A DNA stretch of 60,286 nucleotides from an uncultured bacterium (GTDB lineage: Bacteria > JAJVIF01 > JAPKYR01), in assembly GCA_965369865.1 (NCBI GenBank), contig CBDURU010000007.1:1-60286 (forward strand), in the 5' to 3' direction. Positions 19,546 through 29,328 of the stretch are shown piece by piece (position 1 is the first letter of the stretch; every line of letters starts with the position of its first letter). A program made the position numbers and the translations under genes. Under the pieces are notes generated by a model that was not told the DNA's origin, ran no database searches, and saw only the letters and a list, made by a program, of their open reading frames with translations.

Positions 19546-22356
19546 TTATGGCGTGTAATCAAATACCGTGGCTTCGATTGTGCCACCATTATCTGTCATG
19601 ACGTGGATCTCGAAGTTCACCGAGTCAACGTCGACCGCAAGAGGTGTTCCTGGGATCGAGTCCTCAATTTCAACAAAAGACATGATATCTTCTACAGTCC
19701 AGTCCATATGGTATATGACAAGTATAGTCCCACCGGCACCATCATCATAGATGATCGCCAGCCAGTTCATACCCTGCAGGTAGTCGCCTTCGTACAGATA
19801 GGTAACTGTCGGAATCATTGCTAGGTCGACCATCGTACAATCATCGAGATAAAGGTCCAGAGGGTCAAACAAGGGTCGGAGCCTGTAGACGCCTTCCCAT
19901 ATCAGGTACCAGACCGAACCGGCTGAGTACTCCATCTCGAACAGGGTGGCGTAGAAATTACCACCTGCATCGATCATGTAGAGCGGGCAGGCAAGGTCTT
20001 CCGGAGGATCGACCCATCCGGTTGTGAGGTATGAGTCATTATCTGCAGCCAATCGGCATTTCATAACATCAGTGACATCAAATGCCTGGTCGACAGGAGC
20101 AGGTGTGTTATCAGTCGTCCAATCCGGAAAGTTCCAGCTCCAAAGGCTCCCATCGTATGGAAATTGCCTGAGACCGATAACCAGGCCGCCGTTGTCGAAC
20201 TGGCCTGGCACTCCTAATGATTCGGGTTCGGGAGCACCTTCAATAGTTGACCATTTTCCAATGGCAAGAATATCGTCGGCAATCTCGCCCTGCGTTCCGG
20301 GCATTCCACTATCGAGATCTAGGAAGTGAGCCCATGGACGTTCGTCCGGATCGGTCTCCGGGGGCTCAGCCCAGTCACCAACGATCTGGATCGCAAGGTC
20401 GCCAGGAAGATATGTTCCATCGGCTATAAGGTAACTTCTGTACCAGAATCCTGTATAAGGATCATTGATGTGAGGAGGTGAGTCCTGTGTTGTACTCCCA
20501 AAGATACCGTTGATCGCGACTCCCTGGGCATCTACATCATGCCGGGCAAACGGAGCGGGTCGGTAATTGAAACCTGATTCGTATGCATTACCACCAGGTC
20601 CGGACCAGTCAAGTGCGTAGTCCGAGAAAATTGGGCTTAGTGGCACTCCACCTTCCTGGTCGATATACCATGCGCCTTCGTTACCGGCTCCATCGTTCTG
20701 TATGCCGAGATCGGGTACGTACGTGCTCTGGTTCGGTGCAGGATCTATCGGCATTCCGATCTGGCCGGGTCTTGGATTCCATCCCTGGTCGGGCTTGGTT
20801 GCCACCGCGATTGTGAATACATCATCGGAGAAATCCTGGGCTTCAGGTGAAACCCCGGATTCAGTAATCCTGATCAGGGCTTCCGTAGTTTCCTGGCCGG
20901 TTGCAGGCATCCAATCAAATTCACCATCGCAGGGAGTTGATGATGCGATCGGAATTGCATATCCATCGGCACCGTTATCAAGTGACAGGTCGATATCAAC
21001 ATTAATGATCGCACCGTTCCATGACCATTCAATCGTGTAAGCCTTATTGATAAATGCAGTTTCTCCGCCGTTGGGGTCATCAACCAAAATCCACTTTTCA
21101 ACCGGTGTGCCGCTGTCCTTGATGGTGCAAGTGAACAGCTGGTATGCGGCAAGTGGCGAATCGGGGTAAAGAAACCCTGGAAGCACTGGCTCGTAGGTGT
21201 TGGGATCGGTGTTCTCAACTGTGACAAAAATCTCCTGTCCTTCAATAGCCGTTGGGGTTACATTCGTGATAGTTCCTGAGAACTTAACCGAATTGTTACC
21301 GGTTACCGTAGGAATCCAGTCCAGATTGTTGGTTATTTCAACCGCGGATGGGAAAAGCGTCTGGCTTTCTATCCACAATCCGGCGATCTCACCTTCGGGA
21401 TCTCCGTCTGCCTGCCAGTCGAAAACTTCAATATCCAGAACCAGGTCGCCGCCGAAGTCACCGGTATCGGGATCATAAAAACCGGTAGAGCTGGCGGAAT
21501 CCTGGGCCACTACGATATTGTAGGCTTCAGGTGTATTCGCATCGGGTGGGAAATCAGCGGCTGACGAAGGCGGATTGGGATTCGGCAGCTGCCAGCTGGT
21601 CGCGATGGAGTACTTGAACTTGTAAGGTTTGGCTATATCCGGGAACTGGATCGCGGTTTTACGGGCTACCGTGTTGTCGATGAATTTACCGCGGTTTGCA
21701 GCTGAAGGATTGATCGGCATTTCTGTCGAGCTGATTCCATCATAAAAATACTTGTAGCCGTTTACCGTGCCGAACGTTGTGAAGAAACCCGGTGAAGAAA
21801 TCCAGCCGTCGGTATATCCGAAAAGAGTATCCAACGGGCCGAACTCAAGGAAGTTCCACCAGCGCATGTAACCATCAGCGTTTATGATTCTCAATTCCTC
21901 TGCTGAAGGAAATGTCACTGAACTATCGTGCTTACCCACCGTAGTGGCCGCGCCGAATAGTGTCATCCTGGTATCGAACCCCCAGAAAATTGTGCCGGGG
22001 AACGGGTGTTGCAGGATAAGATTAATGTCGACAATCCGGTTAGGAAAGTCACAATCATCCAGGTTTACCGTGACAGTGAATTTCGAAACATCGTTTGGTG
22101 GATTGTAAAACTTAGTCAGGTTGATGGTGAATTCGGCGGTTCTGGCCGGTATTACTTCAGCCGTGCCGGCTTCAACATCAATGATAACCTCGCCTAGACC
22201 CCAATTAATCGTGTTGTTTGTACGGATCTGGTCAGCAGTACCAGAATCAGTAAGGTCGGGCGACGTCGGGGCCTCCCCCCCGCCTCCCGAACAACCAACG
22301 ATCAGGGCAAATATGACGAGGTAAATGAGAAGTAAAGTCTTTTGGGGAAAGACCAT
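19546..22356 (-). CDS. Large acidic surface lipoprotein, paralogue A (shared N-terminal module + Ig-like domain + probable beta-propeller)
   Basis: GGAGG RBS, lipobox IVGC; motifs HPFP, FDTR, NADGY, NGYK, EAY, DWQ; a PNGGE...I.W Ig-like domain. Confidence 0.8.
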   Translation of the reverse strand: MVFPQKTLLLIYLVIFALIVGCSGGGGEAPTSPDLTDSGTADQIRTNNTINWGLGEVIIDVEAGTAEVIPARTAEFTINLTKFYNPPNDVSKFTVTVNLDDCDFPNRIVDINLILQHPFPGTIFWGFDTRMTLFGAATTVGKHDSSVTFPSAEELRIINADGYMRWWNFLEFGPLDTLFGYTDGWISSPGFFTTFGTVNGYKYFYDGISSTEMPINPSAANRGKFIDNTVARKTAIQFPDIAKPYKFKYSIATSWQLPNPNPPSSAADFPPDANTPEAYNIVVAQDSASSTGFYDPDTGDFGGDLVLDIEVFDWQADGDPEGEIAGLWIESQTLFPSAVEITNNLDWIPTVTGNNSVKFSGTITNVTPTAIEGQEIFVTVENTDPNTYEPVLPGFLYPDSPLAAYQLFTCTIKDSGTPVEKWILVDDPNGGETAFINKAYTIEWSWNGAIINVDIDLSLDNGADGYAIPIASSTPCDGEFDWMPATGQETTEALIRITESGVSPEAQDFSDDVFTIAVATKPDQGWNPRPGQIGMPIDPAPNQSTYVPDLGIQNDGAGNEGAWYIDQEGGVPLSPIFSDYALDWSGPGGNAYESGFNYRPAPFARHDVDAQGVAINGIFGSTTQDSPPHINDPYTGFWYRSYLIADGTYLPGDLAIQIVGDWAEPPETDPDERPWAHFLDLDSGMPGTQGEIADDILAIGKWSTIEGAPEPESLGVPGQFDNGGLVIGLRQFPYDGSLWSWNFPDWTTDNTPAPVDQAFDVTDVMKCRLAADNDSYLTTGWVDPPEDLACPLYMIDAGGNFYATLFEMEYSAGSVWYLIWEGVYRLRPLFDPLDLYLDDCTMVDLAMIPTVTYLYEGDYLQGMNWLAIIYDDGAGGTILVIYHMDWTVEDIMSFVEIEDSIPGTPLAVDVDSVNFEIHVMTDNGGTIEATVFDYTP

Positions 22357-22908
22357 CTCTAACCTCCAGGTTATTTTTGGATTTTGTACCATTTTTTGGA
22401 TAAGGCACAATACGGAATTGCATACGATATATCAATATCCATTTAGCAATCCGGAAACAGCCTGTATTCTACCAAGTGGAAATGAAAATTACCACAATCG
22501 ACTGTTAATGATTCGCGGAATGGATAATTATCTAAAGTTATAACCAATTCCTATAGTTAAAGATATCATTTTCTCTCATACACTGTCAACGAATTTTGAT
22601 GCGGTATTTATGGGAATTAATAGAAAAATTCGCCCCGGCACACAAAATAATGGCCCGGATTAATTCTTCCGGGCATTTGGATTTCATTTGGTAATTGATT
22701 ACTACTGTCCAAAATAATCTGAATTTGGATAAAGCCGTATGCAACCTGAGCTGTAATCAGGGGCCTTACATAAATCGTACTAATTACATTATACGATCGG
22801 GATATTATCCTGCGATCCGTTTAAAAAGCCTATATACTCCGCTTTAAATTGCCATTGTTCGACTGCGCCTTTCAATGTATACTGAGTCGGCTTATTTTTA
22901 TGTTTTGG

Positions 22909-22983
22909 GCCGAAGTAGCTCAGGGGTAGAGCAGCTGATTCGTAATCAGCAGGCCAGGGGTTCAAATCCCCTCTTCGGCTCCA
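22909..22983 (+). tRNA. tRNA-Thr (anticodon CGT)
   Basis: Acceptor stem GCCGAAG/CTTCGGC, D-arm GCTC/GAGC, anticodon arm GCTGA-TTCGTAA-TCAGC, T-loop GGTTCAAATCC, encoded CCA. Confidence 0.97.
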
Positions 22984-23051
22984 GTTCATAAATATAAAGC
23001 TGAATAACCAGAATAGTATATTCATTCGTAAAGCTATTGCGCAATCCTGAA

Positions 23052-24002
23052 ATGACAGGTCCCGACCAGAAACCCGATCCATCCAATGATGAGTCCTCTC
23101 TCAAGGACTGGCTGCAGCTTCCCGATGATTACGTTGAATCAAACGATGGCGATGATCGACAGGAGAAGCCAGTTCAGGATTCGAAGAGTCTCGCTGACCT
23201 GGATACCGGCCCTGTTTCAATCGGGAAGGAGAGCCCGATCACTGGAGAGCCTTCGGATGGCCAGGAACAGGTTCAGGACCAAAATGAACCGGCTGATGAA
23301 ACCGCCGGCGATGGCCATCCCGCGACTCAGGAACCCATCCCGGATCAGGATTCATTTGCACCGGAAGATCCTGTCGAACTCGAATTATTCCCCCCTGAAC
23401 TGTTGGATACTGAAACCGGTAAATCAACGGATGAAATCGAAGGAACTCCTGTACCGGCTGGTGAGTCAGGTGCTGAGCTTGACGAAATCGAAAAACTTGA
23501 AAAACTGCTTCGGAGAGAATTTGGCGATACGCTTACCGGCGCAAACGCACACGCACTGCCAATCGGGATTCTATTTATTTTTCTTGGGATTCTGGTCTGG
23601 TTTAATGACCCGATCCTTGGATTTTTGGGGTTGGGGGGTTACCTGAAAGACTTGCAATGGGCTGTAATGTTAGTATCTGGTGCATTATCCCTGGCAGGAG
23701 TGCATTTGTTTTTCTACTGGTGGGTCCATCGAATCTCGAACTCGGTTAAATCACGTGAACTCGATCGCCTTATCGGAACCCGCCGGGTCGATCACCCGTG
23801 CAGTCACCTTGATTGCGAGGAGCGGCACGGGGAAGATGCTGACGGAGAAATCGATACTGAAGCTGACCTTGTCTGGAAGTGCGGCCTCTTCAATACCGAT
23901 CTTGATGAATCCGCGGTGTGCGTGGTGTGTGATAAATACGACCCGATCGAAAGCCTGGAACCCGATATGTATGGTGAAAACCAATTTTCCGACGTTAAGT
24001 GA
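23052..24002 (+). CDS. Hypothetical membrane protein: acidic disordered N-terminus, 2 TM, Cys-rich C-terminus
   Basis: D/E/P-rich first ~150 aa, two hydrophobic helices, then HPCSHLDC..WKCGLF..CVVCDKY. Confidence 0.75.
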   Translation: MTGPDQKPDPSNDESSLKDWLQLPDDYVESNDGDDRQEKPVQDSKSLADLDTGPVSIGKESPITGEPSDGQEQVQDQNEPADETAGDGHPATQEPIPDQDSFAPEDPVELELFPPELLDTETGKSTDEIEGTPVPAGESGAELDEIEKLEKLLRREFGDTLTGANAHALPIGILFIFLGILVWFNDPILGFLGLGGYLKDLQWAVMLVSGALSLAGVHLFFYWWVHRISNSVKSRELDRLIGTRRVDHPCSHLDCEERHGEDADGEIDTEADLVWKCGLFNTDLDESAVCVVCDKYDPIESLEPDMYGENQFSDVK

Positions 24003-24113
24003 TTCAAGGCGGTCGTCGGGATTGCTTAAGGGCAGGATTTCTGCTACGATAACTGATCACTTGAGCGGGTGAAAACCCGTTTATGTTTTCATTAACTGGA
24101 GGATTATCCCTCT

Positions 24114-24809
24114 ATGCGACGTTTAATTATCTCAATATTCGCAATAATGTTTATTTTATTGCTTGCCGGGTGTTCGACATCCGGGAACAATCCAGGCCCT
24201 CCGGGTGACCCGTTTACACCACCACCACCTGATAATCCAGGTGGAGATTCATACCAGTTGAGCGCGACTATCGATCTCTCAAGATCGGTGGGCCATGCGC
24301 CGCTGCCTGTTAATTTATACGCCAATGTAAATGGTGGTCTGGCGCCTTATTATTACCGCTGGGACGTCAACGGCGATGGATGGTGGGACTACGGTGGATT
24401 TGGGGTTTCGGAAATTGGAATTCACTATGCATCCGCCGGGATTTACAATGTCCTCATGGAAGTTGAGGACTCGAACGGACAGTTCTACCACGCGACAGCA
24501 TTAGTGGATGTTTCACCATCAGGACCGTCGGCTATCCCCGCTGCGGTTCCGGACCAGGGTCCCACGCCACTCGTAACCGACCTCAATGGAGCGGCCTCAT
24601 ATGACGATGACGGGTACATCGTTTACTGGGAATGGGATATTGAGTCCGATGGTATATGGGACTATGAAAGCGACTGGGCTATCGGGGCTCCGGATAATGC
24701 CATTGTTTCCGTCACTTACAATACACCCGGTACGTATAACGCGACCCTGAGAGTCACCGATGATGATGGATTAAAATCAGAATCGTCCATCCAGATCATC
24801 GCGCTCTGA
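24114..24809 (+). CDS. Lipoprotein with two PKD domains
   Basis: Lipobox LAGC, Pro-rich linker, WDVNGDG and SYDDDG..WEWD..Y..PG.Y.ATLRVTDDDG. Confidence 0.85.
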   Translation: MRRLIISIFAIMFILLLAGCSTSGNNPGPPGDPFTPPPPDNPGGDSYQLSATIDLSRSVGHAPLPVNLYANVNGGLAPYYYRWDVNGDGWWDYGGFGVSEIGIHYASAGIYNVLMEVEDSNGQFYHATALVDVSPSGPSAIPAAVPDQGPTPLVTDLNGAASYDDDGYIVYWEWDIESDGIWDYESDWAIGAPDNAIVSVTYNTPGTYNATLRVTDDDGLKSESSIQIIAL

Positions 24810-24849
24810 TTCAGAGTAGATTTTATTTATTTAAATGAATGAAACCATT

Positions 24850-24884
24850 AACCCGTCTTCGCGTTAAGTGCCGGCGGGTTTTTT
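24850..24884 (+). terminator. Intrinsic terminator
   Basis: AACCCGTC...GGCGGGTT followed by TTTT. Confidence 0.6.
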
Positions 24885-24941
24885 AATTCAGTTAACTTTC
24901 GGAATGTAGAATTACAAACATCTCCTGGGTTCTTCAGTCAA

Positions 24942-25895
24942 ATGTCCGACAATCCCGAAAAATCCTCTAGCCCAATTGAAAAACCCGAACCGCACGGTCT
25001 TATCGTAATCGATAAACCCCCGGGACCGACTTCTTTCGATTGCATCAGGTTCCTGAGATTAACTTGTAACCTTCCGCGTAAATGGAAAATCGGGCATCTC
25101 GGGACACTCGATCCGTTCGCGTCGGGTGTTATGGTCATCGCACTCGGGCAGGCGGTCAGGTATTCAACCTATGCCGTGAAATCATCGAAGGAATACCGCG
25201 CTCGATTGTGGCTTGGCGAGGAAACCGACACACTTGATTTCACCGGGCAGGTTACTGATACAAAACCGATTCCGAATAACTGGGTAGATCGTCTGCCGGA
25301 TGTCGCTGGTAAGTTCACAGGGAAATATATGCAGACCCCGCCCGCTTATTCAGCTAAGCAGGTGAATGGAAAACGAAGCTATAAAGCCGCCCGGAATGGC
25401 GAGACGCTTGACCTGAAGCCTGTCGAGGTCGATATTTTCTTCCTCGAATTTCAGGGGACAGGTGAGAACTGGGTTGATTTCACAACGAAGGTTTCAGGCG
25501 GGACATATATTCGTTCACTCGGACAGGACATCGCGATTGAACTTGGCACGCTTGGTTACCTTGTCGGACTTGAGAGAATCGCATCGGGTCCGTTTATCAA
25601 GAAAGAAGCGATTCCCTTTAACGCTTTTGAGACCGGTGGGCCGCAAGTTCTGATGCATCACCTTCGTCCTGTAGATCAGATTCTAAGCCGCCTGGAATCA
25701 ATAACTGTTAAAAATGAGAGCACCGGAAAACTCAAGCACGGCAAGACCCTGCATAAGGATGATCTCTGTGATAACATGCCGGTCTTATTGGAACCGGGAA
25801 AAATTTTCAGGATTTTGGATTTGGATGGGAATTTCCGCGCACTTGGTAAAATTAAAAAGGATGGAATAATCCCATTCAAACCCTGGCTGGTTTAA
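24942..25895 (+). CDS. truB: tRNA pseudouridine(55) synthase
   Basis: DKPPGPTS, GHLGTLDPFASG, QTPPAYSA, GTYIRSL. Confidence 0.95.
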   Translation: MSDNPEKSSSPIEKPEPHGLIVIDKPPGPTSFDCIRFLRLTCNLPRKWKIGHLGTLDPFASGVMVIALGQAVRYSTYAVKSSKEYRARLWLGEETDTLDFTGQVTDTKPIPNNWVDRLPDVAGKFTGKYMQTPPAYSAKQVNGKRSYKAARNGETLDLKPVEVDIFFLEFQGTGENWVDFTTKVSGGTYIRSLGQDIAIELGTLGYLVGLERIASGPFIKKEAIPFNAFETGGPQVLMHHLRPVDQILSRLESITVKNESTGKLKHGKTLHKDDLCDNMPVLLEPGKIFRILDLDGNFRALGKIKKDGIIPFKPWLV

Positions 25896-25908
25896 GAAAA
25901 ATTACTCA

Positions 25909-26886
25909 ATGAAACAATACACTGACATCGACGACTGGACACCTGAGGCCGGCTGCGCATTCGCTCTTGGACGGTTCGATGGCGTGCATATCGGGCACCA
26001 GGCCCTTTTACGGAGAACGGTCGAACTTGCTAATGAACGCGGCCTCAAACCTGTATGTTTCAGTTTCCTGGGAGAATCCTTCCCGGGAGCACGGGAACGT
26101 GGAATCCTGACAACCGCCGCTGAAAAATCCGAGCTCCTTGAGGAAATTGGATTCGAGGTTTTATTGCAGGTGGCATTCAAACCTCCGTTGATTAACACCT
26201 CAGCAGCGGATTTTATAAACGACCTTTTGGTCGATAGATGGAAAGCAAAGCTGGTAGTCGCCGGGTACGATTACCACTTCGGGAAAGACCGTGCCGGGGA
26301 TGCGGAATTCCTTAATTCTGTTCTGGAGGGCAGGGAGGTTGAAGTCGAAATCTTCCAACTCGTCAAACTCGACAGTGTTCCGGTTAAGTCGACGAAGATA
26401 CGCCGATTGATCGAGGATGGTAAAATCCAGGATGCGGCAAGGCTTCTTGGACGGCCTTACTCAATCCGGTCCAGGCAGGTTTCGGGACGGAAACTCGGGC
26501 GGGAGATCGGGTACCCGACTATGAATTTCCCATGGCCTGAATTAAAAGTCAGACCCTTGCATGGAGTATATGCGGTGCGGCTTGTGTCGGGGATGTTTGG
26601 TAAACCCGCGAACGCGGTAGCGAATTACGGGCTGAAACCTACTACGGATAACCAGAAAACCGGCGCCGCGCTTGAAGTACTGGTTCTGGATCCCGAACCG
26701 GATGTGGCGACTTTTCTGAAATCCGGCCTTGAAACTTCCGAGCTTCAAGGTGAGTTTGAAATCGGGTTTATTGGATTTATCAGGCCTGAGGAAAAATTCC
26801 CATCAATCGACGACCTGAAACAACAGATTTCAATCGATTGCGAAAAAGCAAGGGCGATTCATAGAGAAAATTACCTCCCCAATTAA
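25909..26886 (+). CDS. ribF: Bifunctional riboflavin kinase / FAD synthetase
   Basis: [41 protein letters not shown]. Confidence 0.93.
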   Translation: MKQYTDIDDWTPEAGCAFALGRFDGVHIGHQALLRRTVELANERGLKPVCFSFLGESFPGARERGILTTAAEKSELLEEIGFEVLLQVAFKPPLINTSAADFINDLLVDRWKAKLVVAGYDYHFGKDRAGDAEFLNSVLEGREVEVEIFQLVKLDSVPVKSTKIRRLIEDGKIQDAARLLGRPYSIRSRQVSGRKLGREIGYPTMNFPWPELKVRPLHGVYAVRLVSGMFGKPANAVANYGLKPTTDNQKTGAALEVLVLDPEPDVATFLKSGLETSELQGEFEIGFIGFIRPEEKFPSIDDLKQQISIDCEKARAIHRENYLPN

Positions 26887-26920
26887 TACACCGGGACTTC
26901 CGGCCAGCACCACCCGTCAT

Positions 26921-27439
26921 CTACACCTTTAAGTCGCTCTGCTCCTCAAGGTCGGAGAGCCACTTTTCTTCCGCCTCGGTGAGAAGTTCCCGCGTACGCT
27001 CACGTTCCTCCTCCAGTTCCACCTGGAGACGCGCGCCGTCGGGAAGTAAAGCCAGAATCTGGAGCGCGAGCCATGCGGCGTTTACCCCGCCATCGATGGC
27101 GACTGTCGCAACGGGAATTCCGGACGGCATCATGACTGTCGATAAAAGGCTGTCCTGGCCTTTCAATGGGCCGCTCGCGACCGGAATCCCGATCACCGGC
27201 CTGGTTGTATGAGCCGCTACCAATCCCGCGAGATGCGCAGCCATCCCCGCCGCAGCTATGAAAACACGCGTACCGTTCTCCTCGGCTTCCTCGATTATTT
27301 CCGCGGTGCGTTCGGGGTCGCGATGCGCACTGGCGACTTTCAGTTCGAAATCGATTTTGAACCTTTTAAGGATATCGATCGTGCGGTCAACCACCGGGCG
27401 GTCTGTCGCGCTTCCAACTATTATTGTTACGAGAGCCAT
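26921..27439 (-). CDS. purE: N5-CAIR mutase / AIR carboxylase
   Basis: [36 protein letters not shown]. Confidence 0.95.
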   Translation of the reverse strand: MALVTIIVGSATDRPVVDRTIDILKRFKIDFELKVASAHRDPERTAEIIEEAEENGTRVFIAAAGMAAHLAGLVAAHTTRPVIGIPVASGPLKGQDSLLSTVMMPSGIPVATVAIDGGVNAAWLALQILALLPDGARLQVELEEERERTRELLTEAEEKWLSDLEEQSDLKV

Positions 27440-27558
27440 GTTTCACCTTCATCTGGATTAACACATGTCCATGAAGAATACAAACGGATGCGTTCCGTGT
27501 CAATTGACAGCGGCGTATTCCGGGCAATCTTCGCCGGGGAATGTGATATATTTTAACC

Positions 27559-27990
27559 ATGCTCGCTTTCAGCGAAATGCTCAAGCATATCCGCGAAGGG
27601 TTCCCATCGCGATGGAATCAGGTCCTGACAGTGGCCCTCCTGTTCGTGCTGGACTTCTCATCGTTCATCGGGTTGATCTGGTGGTTCTTGCTGCGTCGTG
27701 ATTACCCGTTAGTACCAGAGGCCCTGACAGTGCTGGCGTCGATCTATCTCGCCTGCACGGTGATCCTGGGAATCCTTGCATTCTTTTTCGGGAAACTGAA
27801 AAGCGTGAGAACTGCGGTACTGTTTTACCTGTCAGTTGGATTATTTTTTTACCTGTCGGGCAGTCTTGGAGAATCGGGAAAGGTATTTTCGCCATGGCCG
27901 TGGATTATTTTATGGATTTTCACCCTGGCCGTTACGCTTACAACATTTTCGAGGGAATATTACGGCAAAGAAAAACCCCCGGAAGAATGA
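27559..27990 (+). CDS. Hypothetical 4-TM membrane protein
   Basis: Four hydrophobic segments; divergent from purE. Confidence 0.7.
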   Translation: MLAFSEMLKHIREGFPSRWNQVLTVALLFVLDFSSFIGLIWWFLLRRDYPLVPEALTVLASIYLACTVILGILAFFFGKLKSVRTAVLFYLSVGLFFYLSGSLGESGKVFSPWPWIILWIFTLAVTLTTFSREYYGKEKPPEE

Positions 27991-28028
27991 GGGATACGTC
28001 AATCGATAAGAGCGAGAACCGAAAATTA

Positions 28029-28382
28029 TCATCTGATTACATTCTCGATGAAACTTTCGACCGCTTCGATGGAGAAGATGGTGTTCAACCGTTTGAGATT
28101 ATCAAGCCCGCGCTTGTCGTCCGCTCGGAGCTTGATACAACCGCGACCGTCCGTGTATTCAATGGACAATCCGATCCTGCCCAGCTTCCTGGCAAGAACG
28201 CGCATACGTTCGGGATCGACCGTTAACCCGCCTTTACCATTCCGAGATTTTGAAAGCTGGTTGACCTTCTTAATCAAATACAAAATCTTGTTATTCGTGC
28301 TCTCCAGCTTCTCGCGAATGTTTGGAGCGCTGAAACTAACCTGACTTCCTTCGCTCACATTTTCAGTTTCAGTAGGGTCCAT
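28029..28382 (-). CDS. Hypothetical protein
   Basis: 117-aa ORF with a strong GGAGGGAG RBS; no recognised motif. Confidence 0.65.
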   Translation of the reverse strand: MDPTETENVSEGSQVSFSAPNIREKLESTNNKILYLIKKVNQLSKSRNGKGGLTVDPERMRVLARKLGRIGLSIEYTDGRGCIKLRADDKRGLDNLKRLNTIFSIEAVESFIENVIR

Positions 28383-28724
28383 TATCTTACTCCCTCCGTC
28401 CAGGGTGTTACCCGGATCATATTAGGACGGATAAATTGGTGATTCGAAGAGAGAAGATGAAAGCCCTTAATAAAAGTTCAAGTGAGCTTAGGAATTCTAT
28501 ACAAACCCCTATTAAAACTTACGACACAAATACAGATAAATCAATAGTTTATTAAAATTTTTTAAGAAATCCGAAATTACGATATAAGATGCCAAATAAC
28601 CTAATCCTGATTAACGCTGTGCTATAATCATGTACAGGCTAAAAGTGCACATCGGTTTTTTAAATCGTTTTGCCAAATTTCTAGTACTTTTACCGAATTC
28701 CAGGAATGACTGGAGAGTATTTTT

Positions 28725-29294
28725 ATGTATAAATTTACAGTTATTGCTTTTGCATCGCTCTCATTGGCCATTTCATTCAGCAATTTCGCCTGCGGCGGAG
28801 AGGAATGGCCGGAAGGACTCCCGCGTGGAGAAGTAATTCTCCCTGCAATCGATGATCCAGATACACCTGGGGCATATTTCGATTTCTCTGAGGGTGAACT
28901 TGTTTATGGAGACGAAGGACGTCTGCGCGGGGATATCTACCTGGACAAAACCTTCATCGCGGGTAATCCGGCTCTCGGTGTCGAGCTTCATGACGCGATG
29001 GCGAATTCACTTCTTTACGATGCAACCGCTCCGGCATGGTCATCCACCCAGTGGAAGAGGCGCCGTGATGAAAACACCCCGGCCAGGGTCCCGATCTATA
29101 ACGGGCACTGCATGTGGGTAGTCACGGGTGAGGGGTATATCGCGAAATTCAAGATAAGAATGACCGAATCGAACGCTGATGTTTCAGGCTTTCTGCGTAT
29201 AAAAATTGAATGGACCTATCAACCGGACGGTTCCAACGAGCTTCACGCGGTACCCGGGGCGGAGGATAGTACGGACGGGAACGAATCCGGATGA
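28725..29294 (+). CDS. Putative lipoprotein (weak HmuY-like pattern)
   Basis: Signal ending FACGG; YFDFSEG..GDIYL and TGEGYIAKFKI..IEWTYQPDGS; 34 nt upstream of paralogue B. Confidence 0.65.
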   Translation: MYKFTVIAFASLSLAISFSNFACGGEEWPEGLPRGEVILPAIDDPDTPGAYFDFSEGELVYGDEGRLRGDIYLDKTFIAGNPALGVELHDAMANSLLYDATAPAWSSTQWKRRRDENTPARVPIYNGHCMWVVTGEGYIAKFKIRMTESNADVSGFLRIKIEWTYQPDGSNELHAVPGAEDSTDGNESG

Positions 29295-29328
29295 TAATCG
29301 GACATAGCCTGAAAGGGAGGCTGCTAAG

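Noticed and set aside
22789..23082. 97-aa minus-strand ORF
   Set aside because: Antisense translation of the tRNA (WSRRGDLNPWPADYESAALPLSY is the typical artefact).
22909..24809. Prophage or island integrated at tRNA-Thr
   Set aside because: No integrase and no duplicated tRNA 3' end seen.
15342..26886. Motif deviations in RsmA (NLPF) and RibF (PTMN)
   Set aside because: Conservative single changes in otherwise complete proteins; not evidence of altered function.
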